Source: Gemmatimonadota bacterium (GTDB lineage Bacteria; Latescibacterota; UBA2968; UBA8231). Taken from it: DNA of 40,808 bases. The notes under the pieces are model-generated. The model searched no databases and was not told the origin of the DNA. It saw only the letters and a list, made by a program, of their open reading frames with translations. Positions within the stretch are counted from its first letter, which is position 1, and the number at the start of each line of letters is the position of its first letter. The position numbers were made by a program, and so were the translations under genes. Shown piece by piece: positions 9,446 through 18,668 of this stretch. The stretch spans positions 1 to 40,808 of the forward strand of contig JAYPJE010000017.1 of assembly GCA_038128265.1 (NCBI GenBank), given 5' to 3'.

Positions 9446-11281
9446 ATGTCACAAGAGCGCCCCACACAATCTAACTTTCCCCTCAACCATACTCTTTTTG
9501 GCGTTCTCTTTGGCTGCTGTTTCCCTATAGTCTCGACCCTTATCGCCGCCTATCGGGAGTACGGAGCAATCGGTTTGGACGATCTCATCGCCGTCCAACA
9601 GAGCGATTTGCTCCTGTGGGTCATTGATTCTGCGCCGTTTTTTCTTGGCTTAGCCTTTTATATCGCCGGAAAGTACCAGCTTAATTCCCTAGAAAATTTG
9701 CGAAAGCAGCAAGTCGCAGAGGCTAGCAACCAGGCCAAAAGTGCATTTCTCGCCAATATGAGTCACGAGATCCGCACCCCCATTACGACCATCATAGGCA
9801 GCGTCGAACTCCTGCAAGAAATCGATGCAACTGCCGAGCAGAAAGAATATCACAACACGATAAAAACCACCGCAAATCTACTGCTCAATATCATCAATAA
9901 CGTCCTCGACCTATCAAAGATTGAAGCCGATAAGATCGAATTGGATAGCGCCCCCTTCTCGCTCGAAGACGTTTTGAGCAACTCCTTGAAGCTAGTCTCC
10001 CAACGCGCCCGCGTCAAAGACCTAAACATACTGTGTGAAGTAGATCCTCACGTTCCCGACCGCCTCATAGGTGATCGCGTTCGCCTGCATCAAATACTGG
10101 TAAACCTACTGTCGAATGCGGTTAAGTTTACGCCCAAGGGAAAAATCGAGATTCGAGTAGAGCACCAAGCATCCGACGCCATGAGGACGCAGTTGCGCAT
10201 TAGCGTACAGGATACCGGTATCGGCATGGATGAGGCACAGCAAAGCCGCATCTTTGAGGCATTTGGTCAGGCCGATACCTCCATCACGCGGCGCTTTGCC
10301 GGCACCGGACTGGGCCTCACTATATGCAAGCAACTCGTAGAAGCGATGGGTGGTAGTATTTCCGTCAAAAGCAATCCAATGATGGGCAGCACGTTTACCG
10401 TCACGCCGTGGTTTTCCCTCTCGGCCGAAAGCGAAAAAGAGGGCGCACTGTCTCCCCCATCCCTGCGCGATGTGCCCGTCCTCGTAGTAGACTCCTCCCA
10501 GCGCAACCGCCAGATCGTCTGCACGATCTTGCAGCATGCACATATGACACCTCAACTGGCGGCCAACGGCGATCAGGGTCTGCAGGCCGTCGTCAAGGCG
10601 CAGCAGGAAAAGAGCCCCTTTCGCTTGGTATTGTTCGACTCGGCGTTAGAGCAAGAGGAAATCGCCAGCTTATTACAGCCATTGGAAAGCGGAGACGGCC
10701 CCCAACCCATTGCCATCCGCATGCAGCCAGACGGCATGCCTGCGTCTCTGCTCAATGGCGAGCAGCAGGCCGAAGGGACGATATATAAACCCATTTTGCG
10801 TCGCGCACTCATACAGAAACTAGAAGAAGCCCTCAGCGAGCGCACTAACGCAGCCACCCACCCCACAAAAGCACCGTTGCCTAAGACCAATCTGGCAGGC
10901 AAGCGCCTCCTAGTGGTTGAAGATAACGACGTCAATCGCTCCATCTTTATAAAAATGCTGATGACAACCGGGTGCCTTTGCGAAGGCGCCGTTGACGGTC
11001 ATCATGCAGTCGAATTGGTGCAGCAAAAAGAGTTTGACCTCATTTTCATGGATTTGCACATGCCGCGCATGGGCGGTATAGAGGCGACGCAGAACATACG
11101 TGCCTCTGAGCCCGAGGGCCGACATACCCCCATTATCGCCCTTACGGCCGATGCGATTTCCGGCGTAGAAGCCGAATGCCTCGCTGCTGGCATGGATTCC
11201 TTTCTCACTAAACCCATACGCTTCAAAGATCTGTCAGCCCTCTTGGAAGACCACTTTCACTCCCATTCAACCCACGAGTAG
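9446..11281 (+). CDS. Membrane hybrid sensor histidine kinase/response regulator (HisKA-HATPase-REC-REC)
   Basis: H-box FLANMSHEIRTP, N-box NLLSNAVKFT, DTGIGM, GTGLGL. The first REC is atypical (VDSS...LFDS...YKP) and the second canonical (VEDN...FMDLHMP...LTA...TKP). Two N-terminal hydrophobic segments. Confidence 0.95.
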   Translation: MSQERPTQSNFPLNHTLFGVLFGCCFPIVSTLIAAYREYGAIGLDDLIAVQQSDLLLWVIDSAPFFLGLAFYIAGKYQLNSLENLRKQQVAEASNQAKSAFLANMSHEIRTPITTIIGSVELLQEIDATAEQKEYHNTIKTTANLLLNIINNVLDLSKIEADKIELDSAPFSLEDVLSNSLKLVSQRARVKDLNILCEVDPHVPDRLIGDRVRLHQILVNLLSNAVKFTPKGKIEIRVEHQASDAMRTQLRISVQDTGIGMDEAQQSRIFEAFGQADTSITRRFAGTGLGLTICKQLVEAMGGSISVKSNPMMGSTFTVTPWFSLSAESEKEGALSPPSLRDVPVLVVDSSQRNRQIVCTILQHAHMTPQLAANGDQGLQAVVKAQQEKSPFRLVLFDSALEQEEIASLLQPLESGDGPQPIAIRMQPDGMPASLLNGEQQAEGTIYKPILRRALIQKLEEALSERTNAATHPTKAPLPKTNLAGKRLLVVEDNDVNRSIFIKMLMTTGCLCEGAVDGHHAVELVQQKEFDLIFMDLHMPRMGGIEATQNIRASEPEGRHTPIIALTADAISGVEAECLAAGMDSFLTKPIRFKDLSALLEDHFHSHSTHE

Positions 11282-11302
11282 TACGCCCCCTCAGCTCCTC
11301 GG

Positions 11303-11331
11303 TTGCCTTCTTTTTTTCCTTACATTACCTT
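11303..11331 (+). promoter_or_regulatory. Putative sigma70-type promoter of the sigma4-lnt-esterase unit
   Basis: TTGCCT (11303-11308), 17-nt spacer, TACCTT (11326-11331); same architecture as 9297-9325. Confidence 0.45.
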
Positions 11332-11468
11332 CTTCCCAACTGCCTAAGACGTTGTTTTGCAACGTTTTTTTACAATAAATTACGCTTCGTTTTTTTGACG
11401 CCATTCATAGGCCGGATGGATGCCTTTTGCCATCCCGCTCATAGCTTGGCAATGCCGAAAGGTTGGCC

Positions 11469-11798
11469 ATGCCCGTATACAAAAAGATCACGGAAAACAT
11501 TCCCACGACGGCTCCTGAACGCGTCGCCCTCGACGAGCGCTTCATTACGCTATTTCTTCCCGAAGATGCACAGGAACGACTCGAGGCGCAGGAGCTGCGT
11601 CAGCTTGTCCACCACGCCATGAACAGCCTGAGCGAAGAAGAGTTTCGCGTTATTGAGTCGCGCTACCAGCACAAGAAATCGCCCGGCCAAGCCGCATCGC
11701 GCATGGGCATTTCGCGCCAAGCGCTCGTCGAGCTTGAAACCAGTGCCCTGGGCAAATTGCGCAACGCGCTTACGTCTTGGCACAGCGGCGCTCAATGA
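11469..11798 (+). CDS. Stand-alone sigma70 region-4-like HTH protein
   Basis: AMNSLSEEEFRVIESRY...AASRMGISRQALVELETSALGKLR resembles sigma region 4. No region 2 is present. Stop overlaps the lnt start (ATGA). Confidence 0.75.
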   Translation: MPVYKKITENIPTTAPERVALDERFITLFLPEDAQERLEAQELRQLVHHAMNSLSEEEFRVIESRYQHKKSPGQAASRMGISRQALVELETSALGKLRNALTSWHSGAQ

Positions 11799-13324
11799 GC
11801 CTGGCACCGGCGCGCTGGGCTGTTCTGGGCGGCCTGTCTGGCCTGCTCTACGCCCTCAGCATTCCGCGCGCCAATCTCTTCTATTTAGCCTGGATTGCCC
11901 TCGTCCCGCTCTTTTTGGCCCACCTCGCCCGGCCGACGCGCTCCCAGCTGATAGCGGCCGGATGGATGGCCGGCCTCGTAGCAGCTACCGCACGCACCTA
12001 TTGGATAAGCGAAACGCTGCAGCTCTACGGCAACGTGCCCCTGGTAGTAGCTATACCCACTAACGCGCTGCTCATCGTCTACATGGCGAGTTACAGCGCC
12101 CTGTTTATGGCGGTCTGTGCGCGCCACGATTTTGCATCGCCGCTCTTTGCCCCGTACGCCGCGTCCGTTTGGACCTTATTAGAGTGGATGCAAAACTGGA
12201 TGCTCAGCGGCTTTCCCTGGCAGCTGTTGGGCTACTCGCAGTGCGCCAACCTGCCCATTTTGCAGCTGGCCTCCATCGGCGGGGTATACGCCCTGAGCTT
12301 TTTGCTCGTGCTCTTTAACGCGGCCCTAGCGCAAACCCTACACACCCGCAACCTGCGCCGCTATATCCTCTTGCCTAGTGCCCTAGTCCTGCTGACCATC
12401 GCCTGGGGGAGCCATCGCCTCAGCGCACTGGATAGCACGCCTACAGAGAGCCTGCGCGTAGGCGTCGTGCAGGGCAATATTCCGCAGGATCGAAAGTGGA
12501 AGGTGGACCGTCTGCAGTGGACTACCGAACACTACGCCGAGCTGACGCTTTCGCTCGCCGAACGCCAGCCCGAGCTGATTATTTTTCCGGAGACATCCCT
12601 GCCCTTCTATTTCAACGACCCGCTCTATAGCGCCTATCAGCAGCGCATACGCGCCCTGCCGCGCACAACCGGCGTTCCCCTGCTAGTCGGCAGCCTTGAA
12701 GGGCAATGGGGTGACCGCACGGCTCCAACCTACAACCGCGCCTTCATGCTCGACACGCAGGGAGAAACATCCGGCACTGCCGATAAGGTGCATCTGGTGC
12801 CCTTTGGCGAATTCCTGCCTTTCCCAACGTTCTTCCAATATCTCCAAGGCCTCACAGCGGAGAGCGGCCAGTTTACACACGGCCAGTCGCACCGCACCAT
12901 TGCCGTACCGGGTGCGCAGGCCGCACTGGGCGTTTTCATCTGCTACGAATCCATTTTTCCCGAGATCACGCGCGAGTTGACCCAATTGGGCGCGCATTTT
13001 CTGGTCAATGCGACCAACGATGCCTGGTTTGGCCGTTCGGCTGCACCCTACCAGCACTTTGCCATGTCCATAGCCCGCGCCGTAGAAACCGGACGCAGCG
13101 TGGTGCGCGCAGCCAATACAGGTATATCGGGCGTTATTGAACCGAGCGGACGCGTGCGCTTTATGACCGGACTCTTTGAAACGACGACCTTTGTCGAGGA
13201 CGTTCCTCTGCACACAGAGCAAACCCCCTATGTCCGCTACGGCAACGTGCTGCTCGCCCTCTGTGCCCTGCTCTTTGTCTATGGAGAAATGGAGCGCCGA
13301 CGCCATGCCAACGCCGTCGACTGA
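11795..13324 (+). CDS. lnt: Apolipoprotein N-acyltransferase
   Basis: Multi-TM N-terminus, GFPWQLLGYSQ, VQGNIPQ, catalytic E-K-C in FPET / DKVHLVPFGE / ICYES, TNDAWFG, RAANTGIS. Confidence 0.96.
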   Translation: MSLAPARWAVLGGLSGLLYALSIPRANLFYLAWIALVPLFLAHLARPTRSQLIAAGWMAGLVAATARTYWISETLQLYGNVPLVVAIPTNALLIVYMASYSALFMAVCARHDFASPLFAPYAASVWTLLEWMQNWMLSGFPWQLLGYSQCANLPILQLASIGGVYALSFLLVLFNAALAQTLHTRNLRRYILLPSALVLLTIAWGSHRLSALDSTPTESLRVGVVQGNIPQDRKWKVDRLQWTTEHYAELTLSLAERQPELIIFPETSLPFYFNDPLYSAYQQRIRALPRTTGVPLLVGSLEGQWGDRTAPTYNRAFMLDTQGETSGTADKVHLVPFGEFLPFPTFFQYLQGLTAESGQFTHGQSHRTIAVPGAQAALGVFICYESIFPEITRELTQLGAHFLVNATNDAWFGRSAAPYQHFAMSIARAVETGRSVVRAANTGISGVIEPSGRVRFMTGLFETTTFVEDVPLHTEQTPYVRYGNVLLALCALLFVYGEMERRRHANAVD

Positions 13325-14081
13325 ACCCTACCTACTCGAGGGCAGCGCCACCGGCGTCCTGCTCATCCACGGCTTTACCGCGTCGCCAACAGAACTACGC
13401 CCCTGCGCAGACGACCTGCATCGCCACGGCTATACCGCACTGGGCGTGCGGCTGGCCGGGCACGGCACCGATCTAGACGCCCTGCGCCACACCGGGTGGC
13501 GCGACTGGCTCGATTCGGCACGCGCGGGGTTGGAGCGCCTACACGAGCGATGCGACACGGTCTTTGCCGTCGGCCTATCCATGGGGGGCGTTATCGCTGC
13601 GCGCCTGGCCGCCGACCATCCCGAACAAGTAGATGGCGTGGGGCTACTGGCGCCGGCCTTCCGCGTGCAAACGCGCTTTCTATGGCTGGCCCCCCTGTTG
13701 AAAAATCTGCTGCCCGACATCGATAAGGGCGCAGAAAGCAAGCAGTATTTTAGGGAACGCGACTTATTTACCTACGAAGCCATGCCCGTCGGGGCACTGG
13801 CGCAGCTCGAGGGGCTCATTCGCTCGACGCACCCCCTCCTGCCGCGCGTCGAACAGCCCACCTGCCTTTTTATGGGCCGGCGCGAGCGCACGGTGCGACC
13901 CGGTTCGGCAGCGGCCCTGTGGCGCGCCATCGGCTCAAAGCACAAGAAGATTGGCTATCTGCCCTCGTCTGGACATATCCTCAGCGTCGAACCCGACGCA
14001 CCCTATATGATGCGCTGCCTGCGCGCATTCCTCGCCGACCACGGCCCTAGCGCATCAGGCAGCGATATGAAACACGCGTAG
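13305..14081 (+). CDS. Alpha/beta-hydrolase carboxylesterase (monoacylglycerol-lipase/Est30-like)
   Basis: LLIHGFT, LAGHG, nucleophile elbow GLSMGG, SGH histidine; overlaps the lnt 3' end by 20 nt. Confidence 0.9.
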   Translation: MPTPSTEPYLLEGSATGVLLIHGFTASPTELRPCADDLHRHGYTALGVRLAGHGTDLDALRHTGWRDWLDSARAGLERLHERCDTVFAVGLSMGGVIAARLAADHPEQVDGVGLLAPAFRVQTRFLWLAPLLKNLLPDIDKGAESKQYFRERDLFTYEAMPVGALAQLEGLIRSTHPLLPRVEQPTCLFMGRRERTVRPGSAAALWRAIGSKHKKIGYLPSSGHILSVEPDAPYMMRCLRAFLADHGPSASGSDMKHA

Positions 14082-14100
14082 CGCTGCTGAGACCAAGCGC

Positions 14101-14892
14101 TTAATCGCCGACTGGTGCATCGTGAATAATCGGACAGCGCTGTGGATCATCGATAAAACGAGTCAATCCCTCGCGACGCCCCTCGCGGGGATGGGAGCGG
14201 TCGGAGCGCAGGTGAATAGCCAAACTGCACCGCGGCTGCCCAGATCTGTTGGCTCCACTGGCGTGGAACGTCAGGGCGTCGTGCATACTGGCTCCGCCGG
14301 CCGCCATCAGTGCCTCCTGCTCTTCCCACCGAGCCCCCTCGGGCAGGGCGATGGCACGCTGCTGCGCGCTCAGGTCCTGCCCGAAGAAATCGCCCCCAGG
14401 CAGCTGGCCCCAGCGGTGGGAACCGCGCACAAAGCGCATCGGCCCGCTCTCGGAGCCGACATCGCTGAGGGCAACCCATGCCGTGAAAAGCTCGCTATCG
14501 TCATCCCAGGCGCCCCAGTAGTGGCGGTCCTGGTGCCAGCCAACGTTGACCTTGGGCGCGTTCGCTGCGCTTGATGGTTTGTAAAGCAGTTGCACCCACC
14601 AAACCTGCACCCACTGTGACCCCGTCACTTTGGCAGCCCACTGGCCCAGTGCCGCATGGCTGACCAGCGCATGTATGGCCCTATTGGCCAACTGCGGCAT
14701 CTCAATCTTGCAGAGGATGGACTCGTCATCGCCTGGATTCCAGGGCGACGGCTGCGGAGCCTCACCGGTATCGTAGATGCCACTGCGCACGGCATCCATG
14801 CCCGCCCGCGCCCGCTCAACGACCTCGCGCGGCAGCACCGGTTCGGCGTGGATACAGTAGCCGTCGCGCGCATAGTGGTCGGCAGCGCTCAC
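14101..14892 (-). CDS. PhyH family dioxygenase
   Basis: YARDGY, WHQD, WVALSD, GPMRFVRGSH, TFHASGAN...R; GTG start overlaps the upstream TGA. Confidence 0.9.
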   Translation of the reverse strand: MSAADHYARDGYCIHAEPVLPREVVERARAGMDAVRSGIYDTGEAPQPSPWNPGDDESILCKIEMPQLANRAIHALVSHAALGQWAAKVTGSQWVQVWWVQLLYKPSSAANAPKVNVGWHQDRHYWGAWDDDSELFTAWVALSDVGSESGPMRFVRGSHRWGQLPGGDFFGQDLSAQQRAIALPEGARWEEQEALMAAGGASMHDALTFHASGANRSGQPRCSLAIHLRSDRSHPREGRREGLTRFIDDPQRCPIIHDAPVGD

Positions 14893-15995
14893 GGGCCGAC
14901 CTCCGCCACATCGACCCAGCGGCGCTCGGCCGATGCCTGTAAAATCGCATCGGCTACGGCCTGGGCGCGCATGCCGTGGTAAAACGAGGGCTGACAATCG
15001 CGGCCTTCGCGTATAGCCGAAACAAATTCCCACGCCTGGTCGTAGCGAAAAGTGGCTACGGGGTCGCCCTCTTGCGGATCGCGCGGCGAGTGGTGGCGCT
15101 TGAGAAAGGCCTCGGGCACCGGGCGCACCGCATACGGTTCGCCGCGCTTTCCAAAGAGGATTTCATGCGGAGCGTGCAGGCGGTAGACCACCGAACCTTC
15201 GGTCCCATTGAGCTCAGCCTGATCGTGGTCGCCACCGGGGCCAAAGCCCTTTGCTAGCTTGCCCATTTCAAAAACGCCCGTCGTCCCGCCGGCAAAGTCG
15301 ACGATCCATGCGACCCAATCCTCGACATCCTGCGGTCGGCACGGCGCGCCCTCGGCCGTCTGGTCGCGCGCCACGAGCTGCTTGGACGACGCACACAGCG
15401 ATACGATGGGTCCGAGCAAATCTTCGGCGAAGTCTATGCGGTGTATGCCCATATCGCCCAACTCACCGGAGCCGGCCTGGTCCTTGTACTGGCGCCAGCC
15501 AATCGCGCGCTCGCCCCAGTCCTGCAAACGCTGAAAGCGCGCATGGCGGATCGTCCCCAATTCGCCGCTGTGCACCAAATGGCGAATGTAGTTTAGCGCC
15601 GGCACAAAGCGATAGGTAAACGCCGTCATATGCCTGAGCCCTGAGCCCTTGGCAGCTTCGTATATAACGCGCGTCTCCGCGTAGTCCATACCCAACGGCT
15701 TTTCACACATGACGTGACACCCCGCCTCTAGCGCCTGCAAGATAAGCTCGCGGTGATAGACATTGGGCGTTGCAATAGCTACCGCATCGGGCTGAACCTC
15801 CGCTAGGAACTCGCCGATTTCAGCAAAGGACGCCTCGATGCCCCATTCCTCCGCGCGCGCTTGGCGCAGCCCGTCACTGGGTTCGCATATACCGGCGATT
15901 TCGACGCCGGGAATGCGGCTAAACCCCGGATAGTGCACGGCTCCGCACACGCCGCCCACTCCGACCAACCCCACGCGCAAGACATCATCGCTCAT
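14889..15995 (-). CDS. Gfo/Idh/MocA family oxidoreductase
   Basis: GLVGVGGV, IATPN..H, CEKP, GELGDMGIHRID; ATGA overlap with the upstream gene. Confidence 0.93.
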   Translation of the reverse strand: MSDDVLRVGLVGVGGVCGAVHYPGFSRIPGVEIAGICEPSDGLRQARAEEWGIEASFAEIGEFLAEVQPDAVAIATPNVYHRELILQALEAGCHVMCEKPLGMDYAETRVIYEAAKGSGLRHMTAFTYRFVPALNYIRHLVHSGELGTIRHARFQRLQDWGERAIGWRQYKDQAGSGELGDMGIHRIDFAEDLLGPIVSLCASSKQLVARDQTAEGAPCRPQDVEDWVAWIVDFAGGTTGVFEMGKLAKGFGPGGDHDQAELNGTEGSVVYRLHAPHEILFGKRGEPYAVRPVPEAFLKRHHSPRDPQEGDPVATFRYDQAWEFVSAIREGRDCQPSFYHGMRAQAVADAILQASAERRWVDVAEVGP

Positions 15996-16927
15996 TGCAC
16001 TCCTCCATTCTTCGCTAGTGACTTCTCCATCTCCATAACGCGCTCGACTAGTTCCTGTAAACGCGGTCTGTCGGCGCTGGCCACGTCTTCGGCAAAGGGC
16101 ACTACGGGCCCGCCGGCCAAACCAGCGCATTCCATCGCCGCGTGCAGCGCCGAACCGCTATAGCGCGCAGACCGTTCGCCGCGCAGGTCCTCAAATGGCA
16201 CCATTACCTCGCGCAGCGCCTCGGCTCCGCCGCGGTCGCCACGGGCAAAGCGCTGTAGAATGGCCAAGCTGGTGCGCGGCGCGAAATTGGCCATACCCGA
16301 GCTAAATCCCACGGCCCCCGCCGCCAAATAGTCGATGGCTGGGTCTTCTGCCATGCCGCAAACCATGGCCGCCTGCGCTCCGCAGCCGTCGTTGATACGA
16401 CTAAATGCTTCGATATCGTCTACGGCGTACTTGAGCCCAACCACTTCATCCATGCCGCACAGGCGCACCACCTGCTCGACCGGCATGATGTCCAAACGTC
16501 GCTGGTAGAGCACGATGGGCAACCCTGCACCGAGCGCAATGCGCCGCATGCCCTCCTCGACGCCTGCAGCCGAAGCAGGACCAACGACCGGCATGACCAT
16601 CGCTCCGGCCACCCCCAGCGAACGGGCGATATGTGCCATCTCGAGGGCGCGGCCGTAGCCCGGTCCGATACCAGGCACGACCAAGGCCCGTCCGTCAGCC
16701 GCGTCGACAAAGGCGCCCACAACGGCCTCGTACTCGGCCAGACTGGCGTCATAGACCAGCCCTGTTCCGCACATCGGCATGAGAAAATCGGCGCCGGCTT
16801 CGACCAGGTAGCGCACATTACGGGCCGTTCCCTCTAAGTCGACCGAGCCATCCTCCGCGCGCGGCGTAATGGCGACGACGAGCACGTTGGCGCAGTGTTC
16901 TCTATTCAATTCAACCATGTGTTTCAA
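15992..16927 (-). CDS. DHDPS family lyase (KdgD-like)
   Basis: AITP, CGTG, VLYQR tyrosine, GLKYA lysine, GFSSGMANFAP; start may be 16918. Confidence 0.85.
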   Translation of the reverse strand: MKHMVELNREHCANVLVVAITPRAEDGSVDLEGTARNVRYLVEAGADFLMPMCGTGLVYDASLAEYEAVVGAFVDAADGRALVVPGIGPGYGRALEMAHIARSLGVAGAMVMPVVGPASAAGVEEGMRRIALGAGLPIVLYQRRLDIMPVEQVVRLCGMDEVVGLKYAVDDIEAFSRINDGCGAQAAMVCGMAEDPAIDYLAAGAVGFSSGMANFAPRTSLAILQRFARGDRGGAEALREVMVPFEDLRGERSARYSGSALHAAMECAGLAGGPVVPFAEDVASADRPRLQELVERVMEMEKSLAKNGGVQ

Positions 16928-16954
16928 TGCCCTTTCTAACCGGGATTTTTTCGC

Positions 16955-17326
16955 CTATTTCCAAATGGTATTGCCATCGGTTTTGGCGTGCTTATTGTAG
17001 CGTTCGACGTAGTCTTCACGCACGGGTGAAAAAATATCCAGCACTTTGGCCGGCCCCTTTTCGACCACGCCCCAGTGGACTACGTTGGGCGGAATTATAA
17101 AGGCATCGCCCGGACCGGCAACCTTTTCTTCGTCGCCAATGCGAAAGCGCAGCGCCCCCTCCAGCACGAGGCCTGCCTGTTCATGTGGATGGCTGTGCTC
17201 GGCCACTTCGGCCCCCTCTTCCATTTCCAAGAACGAGAGCATAAGGTGCTCTCCCGTCGACAGCGCACTGACAATGCCTGGAAACAGCTCTAGGCGAGGC
17301 AAGTCGCCCGGATGAACAAACGGCAT
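16955..17326 (-). CDS. Cupin domain protein (KdgF-like)
   Basis: HSHPHEQAG..LEG and IPPNVVH motifs, LDIFSPVREDY; AGGAGG RBS before ATG 17326. Confidence 0.88.
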   Translation of the reverse strand: MPFVHPGDLPRLELFPGIVSALSTGEHLMLSFLEMEEGAEVAEHSHPHEQAGLVLEGALRFRIGDEEKVAGPGDAFIIPPNVVHWGVVEKGPAKVLDIFSPVREDYVERYNKHAKTDGNTIWK

Positions 17327-17336
17327 ATCTCCTCCT

Positions 17337-18668
17337 CTAGCGAACGTATGTCTTAAGCCAACGATCCCCGCAATAGCGCGGCCACAAGGTGGCAAAACGC
17401 CCAACCATAAGGCCGTTGTAGGCCAGCCAAGCCCCCTGTGCTTCCCAGCCCAGATAGTAGACAAAGAGCAGCGCCAGCGGCGCAAAGAACGCAAAAGAAG
17501 CCGCGGCCATTGCAGCAAATAAATAGCCCATATCGCCGGCGCCGATAAAGATGCCATCGAGCACAAAGACCACGGCGTTTAGGGGTTGTATAACGGCGAC
17601 GATCCAGCGCAGCTGTGCCACGGCGGTCACAACCTCGGCATGCTCTGTAAACGCCCCGGCCAGCGGCTCCAGCGCGACGAGAAAGAGCAGGCCAAACAGC
17701 GTGCCGACCCCCGTGCCCCAGACAATAATACGCCCGGCCATTTGCCGCGCTTCTGCATAGCGCCGTTCGCCCAACAGGTTGCCTACCAGCGTTTCTGCCG
17801 CGTGGGCAAAGCCGTCGACGGCAAAGCTGCTCAGACCCCACAGCTGCCACACCACCGCATTGGCTGCCAGGGGCACTTCCCCCAGCCGCGAAGCGATAGC
17901 CAGCATGGAAAACTGGGCAAATTGCAGGCAGAGCGTGCGGCCAAAAAGATGGGCGTTGGTGCGAAAAATAAGCGCAAACTTCGCGCGATCCAACAGGCCG
18001 CGCAGCGGCTGGCGCCAGCAGTCAGCATAGCGCGTTGCAAAGAGAAATACACCGACTCCCAGCGCGGCCAGATTGCCCAAAACAGAAGCCCATGCCGCTC
18101 CAACCACGCCCATTTCGGGTAGGCCCCAGTGGCCGTAAATCAGCGCGTAATCGGCCGCGACGTTGACGATATTGGCCGTGAAGGTGACATACATCGGCGC
18201 CAGCGCATTGGCCGTGCCGAGAAAGAAGCCGTTCAGCGTAAGCACGGCCAGCACCAGCGGCGCTTCGTAGAGGCGCACGGAGAAGTAGCGCATGCCCCAA
18301 TGCTGCACGTCGTCACTGCCCCCGGCCAATTCAAAGCCCAGCGGCGCCACCGTTTCGCCTAGCAGCACCATGACACTGGATAGCGCCAGTGCAATGAGCA
18401 GCGAGCGGTACAAGATATGGGCGCAGGAGCGAACGTCGGCGGCGCCGTAAAAGTGGGACACCATCGAAGTCGTTCCCATGCGCAGAAAACCCGTACTCCA
18501 GTAGAGGATGCTAAAGAGCACGCTGGCCGTGGATACGGCACCCAAAAAAGCGACCTCGGGCAAGTGACCGATCATCGCCGTATCGGCAATGCCAATGAGC
18601 GGTGCCGACAGCGCGGCCATCACGCTGGGAACGGCCAGGCGCACAATGCGCCCATCGAGCCGATTCAA
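17337..18668 (-). CDS. MATE family efflux transporter (DinF-like)
   Basis: About 12 hydrophobic segments; LAVP..PLIGIADTAMIGHL, FLRMGTT, DGFAHAAETLVG, DGIFIGAG. Confidence 0.92.
   Translation of the reverse strand: MNRLDGRIVRLAVPSVMAALSAPLIGIADTAMIGHLPEVAFLGAVSTASVLFSILYWSTGFLRMGTTSMVSHFYGAADVRSCAHILYRSLLIALALSSVMVLLGETVAPLGFELAGGSDDVQHWGMRYFSVRLYEAPLVLAVLTLNGFFLGTANALAPMYVTFTANIVNVAADYALIYGHWGLPEMGVVGAAWASVLGNLAALGVGVFLFATRYADCWRQPLRGLLDRAKFALIFRTNAHLFGRTLCLQFAQFSMLAIASRLGEVPLAANAVVWQLWGLSSFAVDGFAHAAETLVGNLLGERRYAEARQMAGRIIVWGTGVGTLFGLLFLVALEPLAGAFTEHAEVVTAVAQLRWIVAVIQPLNAVVFVLDGIFIGAGDMGYLFAAMAAASFAFFAPLALLFVYYLGWEAQGAWLAYNGLMVGRFATLWPRYCGDRWLKTYVR

Noticed and set aside
11411..11470. Hairpins in the sigma4 leader (GGATGG/CCATCC and GCC-GAAA-GGT over the RBS) as a possible riboswitch
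   Set aside because: The stems are short and I recognise no riboswitch consensus; a covariance-model search would be needed.
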